Assembly (NCBI GenBank): GCA_951804945.1
Contig: OX638150.1
Span: forward strand, 103,354,001-103,418,000
Source of the DNA: Podarcis cretensis
Lineage: Eukaryota
Reading direction: 5' to 3'
Length of the DNA: 64,000 bases
Below, piece by piece: positions 24,643-38,249 of the stretch. Each line of letters starts with the position of its first letter. Position 1 is the first letter of the stretch. Under the pieces are notes generated by a model, which was not told the origin of the DNA, did no database searches, and was given only the letters and a program-made list of their open reading frames with translations. The translations under genes were made by a program, and so were the position numbers.

Positions 24643-25290
24643 CTCTGGGCAGCTTCCAACAGAATGTAAAAATACAATGAAACATCAAATATTAAAAACT
24701 TCCCAATACAAGGCTGCCTTCAGATGACTCCAGAAAGTTGTGTAGTTGTTTATCATTTTGACATCTGATGACAGGATGTTCTACAGGGTAGGACCCACTA
24801 CTGAGCAGGCCTTCTGCCGGGTTCCCTGTAACTTCAAATCTCACATTGAGGGAACCACCAGAAGGCCTTCAGAGCTGGACCTCAGTGTCTGGGCTCAATG
24901 ATGGAAATAGAGACACTCCTTCAGGTATACAGGGCCAATGCCATTTAAAGGTCAACACCAAGACTTTGAATTGAGCTCAGAAACGTACTGGGAGCCAATG
25001 TAGATCTTTTAGAACCAGTGAGATATGGTCCCTGTAGCCACTCCCAGTCACCAGTCTGGCAGTCATATCCTGGATTAGTTGTAGTTTCCAAGTCACCTTC
25101 AAAGGTAGCCCCGTGTAGAGCACATTGCAGTAGTCTAAGCAGGATGATAACCAGAGCATGTACCACTCTGGCAAGACAGTGTGCAGGCAGGTCGATGGAA
25201 TGGGTAGACAGCTGCCCTGGACACAGAATTGACCTGCACCTCTATGGACAGCTTTGAGTCCAAGATGACCTCAAGGCTGCACACCTAAGC
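24640..25290 (-). mobile_element. L2-clade LINE fragment (its own 3' tail lies at ~24219-24257)
   Basis: ORF 24977-25174 LDYCNVLYTGLPLKVTWKLQLIQ...LHWLPVRF is typical L2 ORF2. Confidence 0.8.
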
Positions 25291-26004
25291 TGCACTCTAG
25301 GAGGGCTGGTACATATCCGACCCTGGTTGCATCAACTTCCTTTTTTGCTTGCGGCAGCTCCCTGCCCCCACAACAACAAGCTGATTCACCAACATGTTCA
25401 TTTCAAATGGGAATAGCAACTTTGAAGCCACCATTCAATCTACATGGAGAAGGGCTGATCTATAGCATGCAGGATAAAATGGCAGCTTCTGCTGATGGCA
25501 AATAAATCAGAGGACACTTAGCTGCAAGCAGGAGCCTTCCTTAGTCAAACTGAAGAGGGCCACAGAACTTCTGTGCAGTGAGACCTGGAACAGGCACCCA
25601 CAGAGTGCCCATCATTCCAATGTCTGCCAGAAGTAGGATTACCCACCAACATCCTCCCCATACATCACATCATCCACACCATGGAGTTTCATAATTAGAG
25701 AGTTGACAGGATGCCCTGCAGCATTGCAGCTATCGGCAGTAAATGGGTAGCTTTAAAACAGCTCCATGAGCCAAAAGGCATATTGTTGATGTAACTTTTA
25801 CTTTACTCCTCTGATCTTTTTTATTACAACCTGATGTAAAGAACTATGAATATGGTATGAAGATACAGGAGACTACTACCTTGCTGAAGCTAAGCAGGTC
25901 TGGGTCTGGTTAGTTGCCTGGATGGGTAACCGTTGCCTTTGAACCACACTGCTTTGGGTTCTGTAAGGGGAGCACAGAATAATATAAATGTCAGAAAGTA
26001 AGTA

Positions 26005-26158
26005 AATAGGAAGAACTTCCTAACAGTGTGAATTGTTCAGTAATGGAGCAGGCCTCCTGAAAAGACAGTGGACTCTCCATCACTAAGCAGAGGTTGGATG
26101 ATACTGTATTGCCAGATTTCCTGGCAAGGGTGCCTCCAACTTTATTATTCTGTGATTC
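26005..26158 (+). mobile_element. CR1 3' end fragment
   Basis: aggaagaacttcctaacagt...ttccaact-like...attctgtgattc terminus. Confidence 0.65.
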
Positions 26159-26162
26159 AGAT

Positions 26163-26441
26163 TCCCTGAGATCCAGCACCGAGGGCCTTCTGGCGGTTCC
26201 CTCATTGCGAGAAGTGAGGTTACAGGGAACCAGATAGAGGGCCTTCTCAGTAGTGGCGCCCACCCTGTGGAACGCCCTCCCATCAGTTGTCAAGGAAATA
26301 AGCAGCTATCCTATTTTTAAAAGACATCTGAAGGCAGCCCTGTTTAGGGAATTTTTAATATTTAATGCTGTATTGTTTTTAACACTCGATTGGGAGCCTC
26401 CCAGAGTGACTGGGGAAACTCAGCCAGATGGGTGGGGTATA

Positions 26442-26494
<53 letters not shown>
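26163..26494 (+). mobile_element. L2-clade LINE 3' end with long (TTA)n tail
   Basis: Same family as 24258-24639 (APTLWNALP...FKRHLKAALFRE); the tail explains the poly-Ile ORF. Confidence 0.8.
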
Positions 26495-26498
<4 letters not shown>

Positions 26499-29483
26499 TT
26501 AGCCCTGCGGGTTCAGAATAGGGAGCAGGTTTGGGGGAACAATGTAGTGCTTCTTTGAGTCTGTGCCTCTAGTGACGGATTCCTATAGGTGAAGGGCCCT
26601 GTCGGTCTCTAAAATATACAATCCTCCCAGCGCTTCCGCCAGCGCAAACTTTGTTTGTGCCAATGGAACTTGCCCTGGCGAAGTGGTTTGAGGATCAGAC
26701 AGCTAGTCTGCAATCCTTCTGGCTGCATTCTAGTGCTGCTGTTGCTGCTGCTGCCGTTGTTGTTCTCATTTGCGTTGTAAAGGAGATTTTAATTGAAAAC
26801 ATATTTGTCAATACATTTCACACTGTATTGTTTTGCACACACCTAGCCATCCTTTTAGTTAAATCTCATAATTTATCCAACGAAGATGAACACTTAGCAA
26901 GAGAACTGTCACCCGCCCTCACCTCCAACAAACAAACATCCTTGATTAAAACAATATGATAATGTGGCAAATTAAGCATGTCTTTTGGACTTGTATGCGA
27001 AGCCCAGATTTTTTAAAGAGAGAGGGGGGAAAAATCAGTCAAGAGAATCTTTTTATTTTAAATTCCATGCATTGCCACCATATCCTGTGGGCCGCATTTT
27101 CAAAAGCATCGATGCACTTTAGGGGAATGTCCAGCTTGCACGTTCACTACCTTTGGTGTACTTCCGCTCAGCCTAACATGCTTGTAAGGGTCCCATTTTC
27201 CGTGCATGCATCAGAGCCAGAGCGTGCCAGGTTTGGGCATGTCCTGCATTGTGCATCTCTTGGTGCTTTTCAAAATGAGGTCCAAGCCAACATAGTTTTC
27301 ACTGGTGTGCATGGTGTGCATTTGCAAGCTTTGTTTGTCCTGTGCTTAGTGGGTAGCACGTGTACATATATATGTCACGGGGTCACGTCCTCCAGGGAAC
27401 GCCCGTTGCTGTTTTCCAGGGAGTTGTTCTGTTCGGCACGTTCTCCATGATGTAGCATGCTACTCCTCAGCAGCGCTGCCTGCATCCCACCATCCAGAGT
27501 AAATATCTGCAAAAGTGGCTGTGGCTGCTGGAGAAAAGAGGGATTCTGCACGCGAAGGAATATATTTTTAGCAGGTGGAGAAGCGGGAGTGGTGGAGGGT
27601 TTGCGCAAAGCACCTAGTCCCTTGGGAAGAGGGTGTCTTTTGGGTAGCCTGGTGACATGGCCCCTAGCAAACTAGAGGAGATGGCCAATGGCTTCTGCTT
27701 CCTTACCTGCATCGCCTTTCCCCAGTCCCCTTTTTGCCTGTGCAAACACAGAGCTGCCCATAGTTCCCAGGCTTCCTGAGCCAGCAGCAAGTATATTTTA
27801 CATCAGGCAGGGGAGGTCATTGAAGGTTAAGTCTTTACCTTCCTCACATGAGGGTCAGGGGCAGAGGATAAGCACTAGGTGGGATTCTGAAACACTGCTG
27901 CTTTTCGTAACGCATCTCTTGCTGATTTTCCCTGTGCAAATTGTAAAGCACCGAGTCGGGAGATTCCACCCTCCTCCCTCCAGCATACCTATGCCATTTC
28001 CAGCCCCTGTAAACACGTACACAATCACATGCAAACTCTGACTTGTTTGGTCCAAGTTACAAACACCTGTGCCTTTAAAACAAAAAACAACAAACCTCCC
28101 TTCCGAGGCTTAGCATGAATGTACACATGTAGCAGCACATGGGTGGTAGAATGACTGCCACTTCTACACTGTGGGTACAAGTTCTACTGCTCTAAAACTC
28201 CCCTTATCAGAACAAGGCAGTTAAACAACATGGTGTAGCCTCATAACAGTCAAACTATTCACCAGTCTAGCCCAGAACTGTCTGACTGGCAGCAGTTGCA
28301 GAGGCATTTCCTATCACCTGTTACCTGATTCTCTCTTAACTGGAGAGGCTTGGGATCAAGACTTGCACCTTCTGCATGTAAAGCATGGGTTCTTGTCCCT
28401 TCCCAAATATTGCCATTCAGCCCTTTTTCTGCTATACCTCTTTCTGCTACCTGCAATGATTCATTTATTTTTAACACAGGATAGCTTCCAAAATGCACAT
28501 CCTCCATCTACAGCTTTCCAGAAGTGGAAGGGTCCATACCTCTGGGGTTAGGATTCTGCCCCCTGATTCTGCTGCATATGTAGATTCGGCCTCGGGGGGG
28601 TCTTCTGTGGGAAAAGCTGCTACATTACGCACACACACGCACACACACTTTTCATCCCTGCGAGCTAGTCCAACACAACCTGACAATGCAGTTAATGGAA
28701 GAACAACAAAACAGGTGTTCTACATGCCATTGGAAGTTGTAGGTGTAGTTTACATTCAGTCACAACCCAAATAAATTGACTGACATCGCAGATATGGGAA
28801 TGGGTCGTTAATCAGATAGACTCTACCGAGTGAACAAAAATGTTATTTTAGGTTGTAACATTATGACGGTTAACCTAAAATTCTGAATACGATTTTTAAA
28901 AAAATCTGTAATCAAAAGCCAATTCTCTTCTCATGTAAAAAAACGGTGGTGGACAAAACTCACATATGAATTCTGGGGAAATTGCCTCTTCCCAAGTGTC
29001 AGCTTCCTCATGATGATTCAGTAAACAAGGGGGTACCATCAAACTTTAGCCATCCCCAAACTGGAGTCCAGTAAGCCAAAAAAAAAAAAAAACCAGCTGC
29101 CATGCCACTGAGCTCTACATGTATTATTATTACTATTCCTTTTTTCCCCAAATTGCAACAAAGATGATATTTCTCTGCCTCACTAGAGATGTTTCTGTGT
29201 ATGTGTTCTGTGCAACAATCACTTTTCAAAAACCCGTTTTGTATTCTGCGTGTGGTTCTCTTTGGTAGCAATCTCAGGTATTTCAGTGAAAAGGGATTAT
29301 ATCCATTATATTTCATTTCCTTGTTGCTTATTGTTTCTGTGCATGCTGCTGCTTTTTCATGGCCCCCATTTAGAAGGTCCCATTTTTTTGAAGATTTTGT
29401 TTTTATTTATGGTTTACCTTCATATGTTCTTTTTCCTGTCTTCTGCACCTTCCTCTTTATTTCTGTCCCCAATCATCTGAAAG

Positions 29484-29498
29484 TTTGCTAAAGAGTGG
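29484..29498 (+). CDS. CADPS: CADPS 15-nt microexon (FAKEW)
   Basis: pyrimidine tract...ctgaaag|TTTGCTAAAGAGTGG|gtaagt; phase 0-0; gives GQE-FAKEW-HQYHSK as recalled for a mammalian CAPS1 isoform; absent from ORF track. Confidence 0.9.
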
Positions 29499-30981
29499 GT
29501 AAGTGTGTCCTACATTTTCTTTTGTTTTCTTCCAAGTTCCTGTTGTAGTATGTGACTGTTCCATTGAAAGAAAGAGAAACACTGAGCAGTTCAAACTAGC
29601 GAGGAACTCTTAAGTCAGTTCTGAGGGACTAGCGTCTCACACTTCTAATTGCCCCTCACACTCCTTATTCCCCAAAGCATGATTTAGTATTTATAGCAGA
29701 TTTGTCTCTTTTAATGTGGTTTTTTTTCTGGTTGGATGTTAACATTTTAAAATAACATTAGCGCAAACAAGTGGAAATAAATACAGTGACTGAGATCAGC
29801 GCTTTCAATGTTTTATTTAATGTAGGAGGGGAGGAATGTGGAAAAGAAACTTCATCATATATTAAATATTTGTTCTTCTGTGCTTTGACAAAAACAAAAG
29901 AATGCCCCTCGTAGTGTTTGCTTAGTAGTGAAAAGCCTGTTTTTTTGACAAAGTAGATGCTTGTTTTGTTAAAATTTGGCAGAAAGCTCTTGTGCCTTGC
30001 CTCGAATCACACGCTTTTGGTGATTCTCTCAGAGCTCCGTAGGACAGCAAGGTTTGATCTGGTCAGTAATTGGGTAGAGGGGCCCATCGAGTGGGTGGGT
30101 AGCAGCTCTCATCCTGTGTCAAAAGTGATGCTGAATGTTCAGTTGGTGTCAGTCTTTTCTATGAGCCGTCAGCACTAACCCAGCGCCCCAGCATGGTATT
30201 AATTGAGGGGCCTTATAGTGTAGCAATTGCCATCTTTTGCATGAGTCAGAACACCCATGTCTCAATCATTTTTACACTTGGTCATAAAGGCTCCAATTCA
30301 CTCAGGTGCTTAACAAGCACTTGCATTTGGAACTTTACATCCTTAGCTAATTTGTTTCGCCAAGAGTGGAGTCTAAACATTAAATTCCACTTGGCTTTCT
30401 GGCAGTGGGCGACCCTTTATACCCAATGCAGCCTGTCTGCCTAAACTCGACTCCTCTGTACGTTCCCTCTGACCAACAGCAGATTTGCTGTGAACCAGGA
30501 GACAGCTGCTATGTTGCTTTTTCAGCGTGGGCTGTGTTTCAGGAGTCGTTTAAAACCTTAAAGAATGTGAATGCCTTAATTGCAACACTTTGGATCAATC
30601 AGAACTAAGAACAGATGTAAAGCGCTCTCCTACCGCTGCCCACTTTTATCATGATTTGCATATAGCAAAAAAAAGATGCCAGATTTTGTCCTCTGCTGCA
30701 TGCATTTGACTCTCATTAATGTCGGCTCAGCTGCATGCATGGAACTGAAGCTAGGATTTGACCATGATTCATGAAATCCTATCAGAGGCTTCTTGGTTTA
30801 AAAAAAAGAAAAGAAAAAAGAAAAACGCGTTTTATCAATCCATTACTGCCCACTACACTAGAGCACGTGTCGATCAACATTTAAATATCACAGCCGATAC
30901 AACAACAAACTAGACAGAAGTGTTTGTTACCAATGATTTATGCTAATAATATTTTGCCTCCATCTTCTTCCCCCTCCTTAG

Positions 30982-31056
30982 CACCAGTATCACTCAAAAA
31001 TAGATGAACTAATTGAAGAAACCGTCAAGGAAATGATAACGCTCCTAGTTGCAAAG
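30982..31056 (+). CDS. CADPS: CADPS coding exon ([25 protein letters not shown])
   Basis: cttcttccccctccttag acceptor, AAG|gtaacc donor, 75 nt, phase 0-0; absent from ORF track. Confidence 0.96.
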
Positions 31057-32831
31057 GTAACCTTCAGCTTCAGGTGAACCGATTCACTGTTAACATCACT
31101 CTCTCTTTTTCCTCTCTCCCTTTTTTAAACAGCATTTCCATTAAAATGTGACACATTAAGAAGTTTGGGTGGTTTGTTGTTTCTCACAGGAGAGATCATA
31201 CATCACTCAGTCTCGACAGACGGAACATTTCGTGATTGCAGTCTGTACGAAGCAACACAGGGGTGCTGAACTTACAAAGTGCAGTTCAAGACAAAGACTG
31301 CAAAGCTCTTGTTTTCTGAACTTGATCACATTATCTGGACTGATTGGTTATAGCCGTTCATTGCCAGTTTGCAGGGAGAGTCCTAGGACTATAAGCTTAC
31401 CTCTATGGGTCCACATTCCCTCTTTCCAGGTCCTCTACTGAGCTTTCCATCACACGCAGTTGCACTAGAGCAGAAAGCAGCTAGACTGGGTCAAACCCCA
31501 ACACTTGGCCAAACGTAATTTGTTTTGGTTCCGTCTTATCTCTGGGTGGTAGGTTCCAAAGTTTTTAGGAGGGTGCTTTATGTTGTTTCAATCCTTATAG
31601 TTCTTGTGGCTTTTTAAAATGTTGTGATTGTCAATCACTTTGAACTGTCAGGAAGGGTGTAATGCAAAATACAATGAACTCAGAAGCATTCTCATATATA
31701 TGGCATATTGGGTGGCAATGGCAGCCATTTATCAATAGTACTGCTTCATCTAATTTTCCATTTCCAGACTAAAAAGCATCTTGCAACACAGACTTCTGCC
31801 TGTGATCCTTGTAACACTTTGTATAAATGTTTTAAATAAATTAAATAAATGCACCATGCTTGCATTTATTTTAACTTCAATTAGGCAAACCAGGGGATGA
31901 CTATAAGGATCACAAAATAATTACAAGGACCTGTAGAACATATGGGACAACACGTGCCATTCTGGGTCTCCATCAAGGACCTACCAGCTGTTCTCCATTT
32001 GGTATTACTCTTGAGGAGTAACATATTTCTTGCACCTTATGCTTGGGAGTTGCACTCTCATTAGCTTCTGCAATGTACGGCACCAACATAACTGCCTTTC
32101 TCTACACAGAATGACCAATATAGCAGGCAGAGAGCAGCTGAAAGAGCTTTAATGAACATGTGATATACACACACACAACACAAAGGAGCTTCGCTTTATT
32201 TTTATTTTTTTGCTTTTGATCAACAAACATTGAAAATGCAAGGGAATCTCAGAAGAGGGTTTTTCTTCCTTGTGCATAATTTTGTTGCCAAAACAGAAAA
32301 CCAAATTAGAAACCCCCTAAACATTTGAAGATGAAATTGTTTTAGGCGGAATCAAGAAAGGATTAAACATTTTCATTGATATGCTTGTCCTTTGAAAGCA
32401 ACTGCTTTCCAGTTACTTATATTATTATTAATAATAGCTAATAAGCTTGGTGATGCCAAAAGAAAAATAAGTCAGTGGCTAGATTATCTTTATTAATGTA
32501 TTCCATGACACCATGCTAATTTAGGACAAATGTTTAGTTATAGACAATATCAGCTCTTTACTCCAGAATAGTCAACTAGATTACCCCACACACATACAAC
32601 TTGACTTTTCTTAATCTTCAATGACTTTCCTCCCTGCTAATTAGAGGATAGAGTTCTTTATCTCGTCGTTGAAGTGTCATATCTCTACAAGCAATCTACG
32701 TAGCTAGAAGCTGGTTGATACACTTTGAAATCCCTTTTTACTCTGATGGACTTAATACTGATTTGCTCAGTTGCAATCAGGGTGATTTGATTATTCTTAC
32801 AACTGAAGTATATGTCCTTTTGTTCCTCCAG

Positions 32832-32915
32832 TTTGTCACAATTCTGGAAGGAGTCTTGGCCAAACTATCCAGATACGATGAAGGGACGTTGTTTTCTTCT
32901 TTCCTGTCATTTACT
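32832..32915 (+). CDS. CADPS: CADPS coding exon ([28 protein letters not shown])
   Basis: ttgttcctccag acceptor, ACT|gtaagt donor, 84 nt, phase 0-0. Confidence 0.97.
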
Positions 32916-35900
32916 GTAAGTTGCCTTCTTCATCCAACCACCCAATTGTCCCTGCTTTTTGCTCCTTGCACTTTTCAATTCAATGTTCATAGTTTAAAAG
33001 TAGTGTTTTTTTTTCATGGACTGAAGGATGGTTCTGGTTAAAACCACAAGGAAACATCTTGCATGGTCTGAAGTTATCTGATAACAACCGTCTTGCTGAA
33101 GCCCAGCAGGTATGGGTTTGGTCAGTGTTCCAGTGGAAAAGCAGTTCCTGGGAACTGTATAAATGCCGCCTTGAGTTCCATGATGGGTGAAAAGAGCACA
33201 TAAATATAATGAATATATTAAGAAGTACCAAAATAATAAAGGAGGCTGTATACCTTTCCAGAACCCTGCCAACTAAAAGCCAGTGTGTTACGGTGGCTAG
33301 TCAGGGAGGAGGAACAGGACCCGAGTGTGAATCCGTCTCAGTGGCCAAATTTACTGCGTGACCTTGGACTAGCTGCCATCTCTCAGATTGACCTACCTCA
33401 CAGAGTTGTTGTGTGGATTAAAGGAAGAACCATGTCTGCTGCCCTAAAGGCAAGATGAAAGTCGGAGAGGAAAGTGTTCATTATCTATTTCCCTACTTTT
33501 ATATACCCATCCAGTCCAACATCCTGTTCTCACAGTGGCCTACCAGATGCAGAAAACCCCATGTTCAATCCCAGACATCTCCAGGCAGGGCTGGGAGAGT
33601 TCCCTATCTGAAATCCTCGAGAGACTCTGCCAATCAGAATATACAATACTAAGCTAGATGAACCAATGGTCAGACTTAGTATAAGGCAGCTTCCTATTCT
33701 CCTTTGTCCCCATGTTGATGTATGGAGGAGGTCTGTATATAGATCAGAATTTCTGTCCCTTTAATAAACTGCTGGATCAGGGCAATTAACTATAATGGGG
33801 TTCAAAGACAGAGATATAGACTTGGTTTAGGTGTAAACATTTCCGATGAAACATGAGCATGGTGTTCACTCTCCCCAACCCCAACCCCCTTGCCTTCCTC
33901 CCCTCGCAAACTGAGCTTTGAGGAAGGTATAATGGTTTGTTAAACCACAGTTTCCTGTGACATCCAAACCAGGAAAGTTGCTTTCCAAGCAAGTTGGATA
34001 CCTTTCCCATGCAACATCACAAACAATAAACTACTAACTCAGCCAGGCAGCCAACCACATGTGGGGAACTTTACCACTTCCTAACTTTTAACACACAGGA
34101 GAATATGGGTGCTTCCACCAGTAACAAGTGGGGAAGAAAATTTTGTAGTCCCTTCCACTTCTCTTATTCTATGATAGACATGCTCTTATTGATCTGCTTT
34201 GAGCTCTGTTGCTCCTGTGGATGTTGCCGTCTGAGGTGGTTGCCTTGCCTTATGGGCTCTGGTGCTCACAATTTTTTGAAGGAAAGAATGTGTTTTGAAA
34301 GTGCTTTAAAGGTATTGTGTGTACACAGCCTCAGATGAATATGTTCGCTAACAAGGATCTTAAACTAGAGCTTGAATATTAATATTCTGGTATTAAACCA
34401 TAGCTCCTTATTTCAAACACAGTTGTTACTAACTGGTTTAATTAAACTAGGTTGTAAGCACCAAGAAAGGAAGGGGCAAAGGGACAGGGCGAGAAAGAAA
34501 TGTTTGGTCTTGTTGTTTGCTCCCAGCTGCTAGACTGTAGCTTAGCAAGGCAAGAACTGAGCATCCAGACTGGGCCAAATATTACAGAGCTTTGGGGAGG
34601 TATCCCGTATGCTTACAACACTATGCCTAAAAGAAGCATCAGCAGGGTAGCATAATTCTCTAAGTCTGTAGCATCATCCTTAATGCAGAATAACAAGAAG
34701 CATTGTTCTTATTATAGTCCATTTGCTTCTCCTTTCACTATACAAACAAATCATTTCAAATAGCATTGTCAGATTTTTTTTATTATTATAAAAAAAATCT
34801 CCAAACACCCAGCCTTCTACCAACTCCTTTTATCAAACATTGTCCACTTGCTTAGAAAATGACATGTCACCAGGGGTCTTATGACAAGCCGTTTTATCAC
34901 CTAGTAGGATACCCTCATTTTCAATTCTTGCTGTGAAATTCAGCTTAAAATTAATGCATCAGTTGTCTTAATAGCATTCTCACTAACCACATCATTATAA
35001 AATATTCTTTGGATTCCTCCCCCCTTAATGGAACATCATTCTACATTTAGTCAAGGAGCTGGAGAAAGATGTTTTCTACAGTCAATAGTGTTTCTTGGAC
35101 CTGGAAGTCCAGTCATTAGGTGGGTATCTCTGCCTAAAGAAAAGAATTGCAACCAAGCTGATGACAGCTGCTCAAGATTCATTTCATCTGAAGCATCTCT
35201 TCGCTTTGAACAAGAGAGTGGGGAATGAATTACTGCTACATTAATTAAAACTAGAGAGTGTATTTTACCCCCAGGACAGGTTACTGGCAATCTTATTTTT
35301 GTTCGGCACAAATTTTTGTCATAAACTGAGAAATTTCATGGGAAAAGTCACATAATTCCTGATGAGCTGCAGCCTAGCAAAGAGATCACACAACATCCGG
35401 CAGCATGAAAATTGCAATGTATGTAGCCAAGTTTTACACTAAAGAAAAACAAGCAGTTGTGGTTGGCTGGTTGTTGTTTTTAGGGGGGGGGGAGAAGCTT
35501 AGGGTTGTTTTGTGAGAAGGCAGTGTGGAAGACAGACTGAGTCATTGCCATATTATATCTCAATTGCGGCAAATATTCCTTTTATTTTGCCGCGGTTCCG
35601 TGACTTCTTATTTCTGGTCTCTAATATTTTCTCTGCTTCTTGTTTTGTTACAGTAGCAAAACACATATTGTATTACTCTCTTCCTTTGCTGTGTCTACAA
35701 ATACCTTAATGTCAGTGAGATAACAGTAACTAAGTTATTACTTTTTTGTAGATTATTTCCATTAGTTTTTAAGATATACAAATTGTTCTCAGCTACAGTA
35801 TGTCCTCAAACAAACAGTTACTGTTTTTATGGTTGTTGCTACTTAACCTTCATTTAGTGTCTGCTATCCTAGATTAGAATGCGATTAACAGGTTTTTTTG

Positions 35901-36479
35901 AACGTTTTAAAATGCTTTCAGAATGTCTTTGATGCTATTGTTGTTGATGTATTTGAAGCGCGGGACTCCTTTGAGAGGAAGGGAGGCAGATATAAATTGA
36001 ATGAAGAGAGAGAGAAAGAGAGACGGGAGGGGAGGGATAGTGTCTTCAACTAAAGAGTTGGGAGCCACAAGTACGTTGAGCCCCAGCCTACTGTGTATCA
36101 CTCAAATAACAGTGCTGCCGTTTTGCTCTTTGTTGCGGTTTAGGAACCTAAGGCAGTGTTTTTCAACCACTGTGCTGTAGCACCCTGGGGTGCCTTGAAT
36201 GATAGTCAGGGGTGCCGCAAGCAACACTGGCCTCTGTCCCTCTTTCTTTCCTTCCCTCCCTCCTCTGATGCCCTCTCACATCTCTGCCTCCCAAAGGCTT
36301 GCACAGCTGTTTGTTGCAGCAGCCCTGGCTACAAGCTCCCCAGGCGGATGGTGCCTCTGGGACTGGCCAGGGGGTGCTTCCCAGGCACCTGTGGAGCAGT
36401 GTGAGGAGGCACCTCTCTTTGCGACAGGGGGAGCAGCTCAAAGACCAGGGCTGGCAACTGTGGTTGCCCAGAGGACTCT

Positions 36480-36724
36480 CAGTGTGGCGTAGTGGTTAAG
36501 AGCGGTGGGCTCATAATCTGGTGAACCGGGTTCGCATCCCCACTCTTCCACATGCAGCTGCTGGGTGACTTTGGGCCAGTCACACTTCTCTGAAGTCTCT
36601 CAGCCTCAATCACCTCACAAGAGTGTTTGTTGTGGGGGAGGAAGGGAAAGGAGAATGTTTAGCTGCTTGGAGACTCCTTCGGGTAGTGATAAAGCGGGAT
36701 ATCACATCCAAACTCTTCTTCTTC
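36480..36724 (+). mobile_element. Squam3-like SINE
   Basis: cagtgtggcgtagtggttaagagcgg head with A/B-box-like motifs, (CTT)n tail. Confidence 0.8.
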
Positions 36725-36954
36725 AGGGAGAGGGGAGAGGAGAGGAAGTTGAAGGAACACTCCACAACAGAGGGTGTTTGAAAAATGGTTAGAGGCTGCC
36801 AGCTCTGAAGGCAAGGGGTGACATAACTGGGCCCCTGTGCCTCACAGGGGTGACACAGAAAGAATGTATTGAGGAAAGCAATACTGCATGTGCTGTCTCT
36901 GTGGGGGAGACAGGCCTCCTTCCTGCTCTCCTTCCTCTGCTAAGTTTAGTCACT

Positions 36955-37500
36955 TTAAAAACGCAAATTCCATGCTAGGGATCATTAGGGAAATGATTGA
37001 GAATAAAGCTGCCAATATTATAATGCAAATCTGTGGTGTGACCACACTTTTGAGTTGGGTGAAGAGCTCTGGTTACAACCTTAACTCAAAAGTGATGTTG
37101 CAGAATGGGGAAAGTTACAGGAAAAGGCAACCAGAGTGATCATGAGGTTGGGAAGGTTACAACATTTGGGGCTTTTCCATTTCAAACAAAGGCGAAGTTT
37201 GTAGTTTGCAAACATGGTGAGAAGAAATGGAATAGGCCTCTCATAAAACTAGAACTCGGGGCCACCGAATGAAGCTGAATGTTGAAACATTCGGGACACA
37301 CAAAAAAGTACTTCTTTGCACAGGACATAGTTAAAGCATGGAATTTGCTTTCTCGGGATGTACTGACAGCCACCAGCATGAATGTCTTTCAAAGGGTTTA
37401 GGTAAATTCATGGAGGATGAGGCTGTCAATGGCTTCTGGTCTTGATCACTACATCATACCTTCCATATCGAAAGCAATATGCCTTTGCTTCAGGAGTGGT
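36955..37500 (+). mobile_element. Degenerate CR1 LINE 3' fragment
   Basis: KNANSMLGII...ENKAANIIM (CR1 ORF2 C-terminal-like) followed by CR1-like 3' sequence. Confidence 0.65.
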
Positions 37501-38249
37501 TGCTATGCACTTGGCCATAGGAGCCAGCTCCTAGGGACCATGGGGGGTTTGCCCCCCTCCAATAAAATATTTGAGGGGCTTGCCCCCCCCCCAGAAAAAG
37601 GCAATGCCATTCAAATGGGGTGTGTGCACTGCATCATGTGTGGGGCAGGGCTTACCTGGGCTCCCACAATACTCCATTCACGTTGGCACCCCTGCACCTG
37701 GCCTCCTGGCAGCGGAGTCAATACCATTGAATGGGAAGGGCAAGGTGGTAGGGAGGGTCGGTCGGTGCTGTGTGGCTTGTTTAGTGGAGCCGTTCTGGCT
37801 CGCCCACTGATGCACCTGTACCATGCTGCAGTCACCTGCCAGGTTTGATTACCCCAGTGATGGAGACAATGATCTCGAACCTTCCTGATGTTCGAGTCTG
37901 TCCAATTTACTTTTTTGTCAGGGGGAAATAATAAGTGGTAGCTGGACATGCAGCCTAGGCAGGGACGGTGGGGGATATTGAAGAGTAACACAGCATTGGT
38001 ATGTGGTCCAATGCACATTCACATCCAGCGTAATGTGCTATGAGGCACAGCAGTAGGTACTTGACTACTTTTTTTAGGCAAGGGAGCAAGATTCCCAGGG
38101 GGGATCAGAATTTCATAAATATCCACTACATTCTGGGCTTTCCATTGATATTAGAGGAGAAGGGAGGGATGGTGGCAAAGTGCAGAGCCCATCCAAAGGT
38201 TCACCTTAAATCCTTTTGGAATTCAAAGTCCATGGTAATTTATAAATTA

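Noticed and set aside
26253-26558. ORF with poly-isoleucine
   Set aside because: Translation of an L2 3' end and its (TTA)n tail
30697-30741. Three TGCATG motifs downstream of the microexon
   Set aside because: They appear to lie in a decayed palindromic element, so a regulatory role cannot be supported from sequence alone
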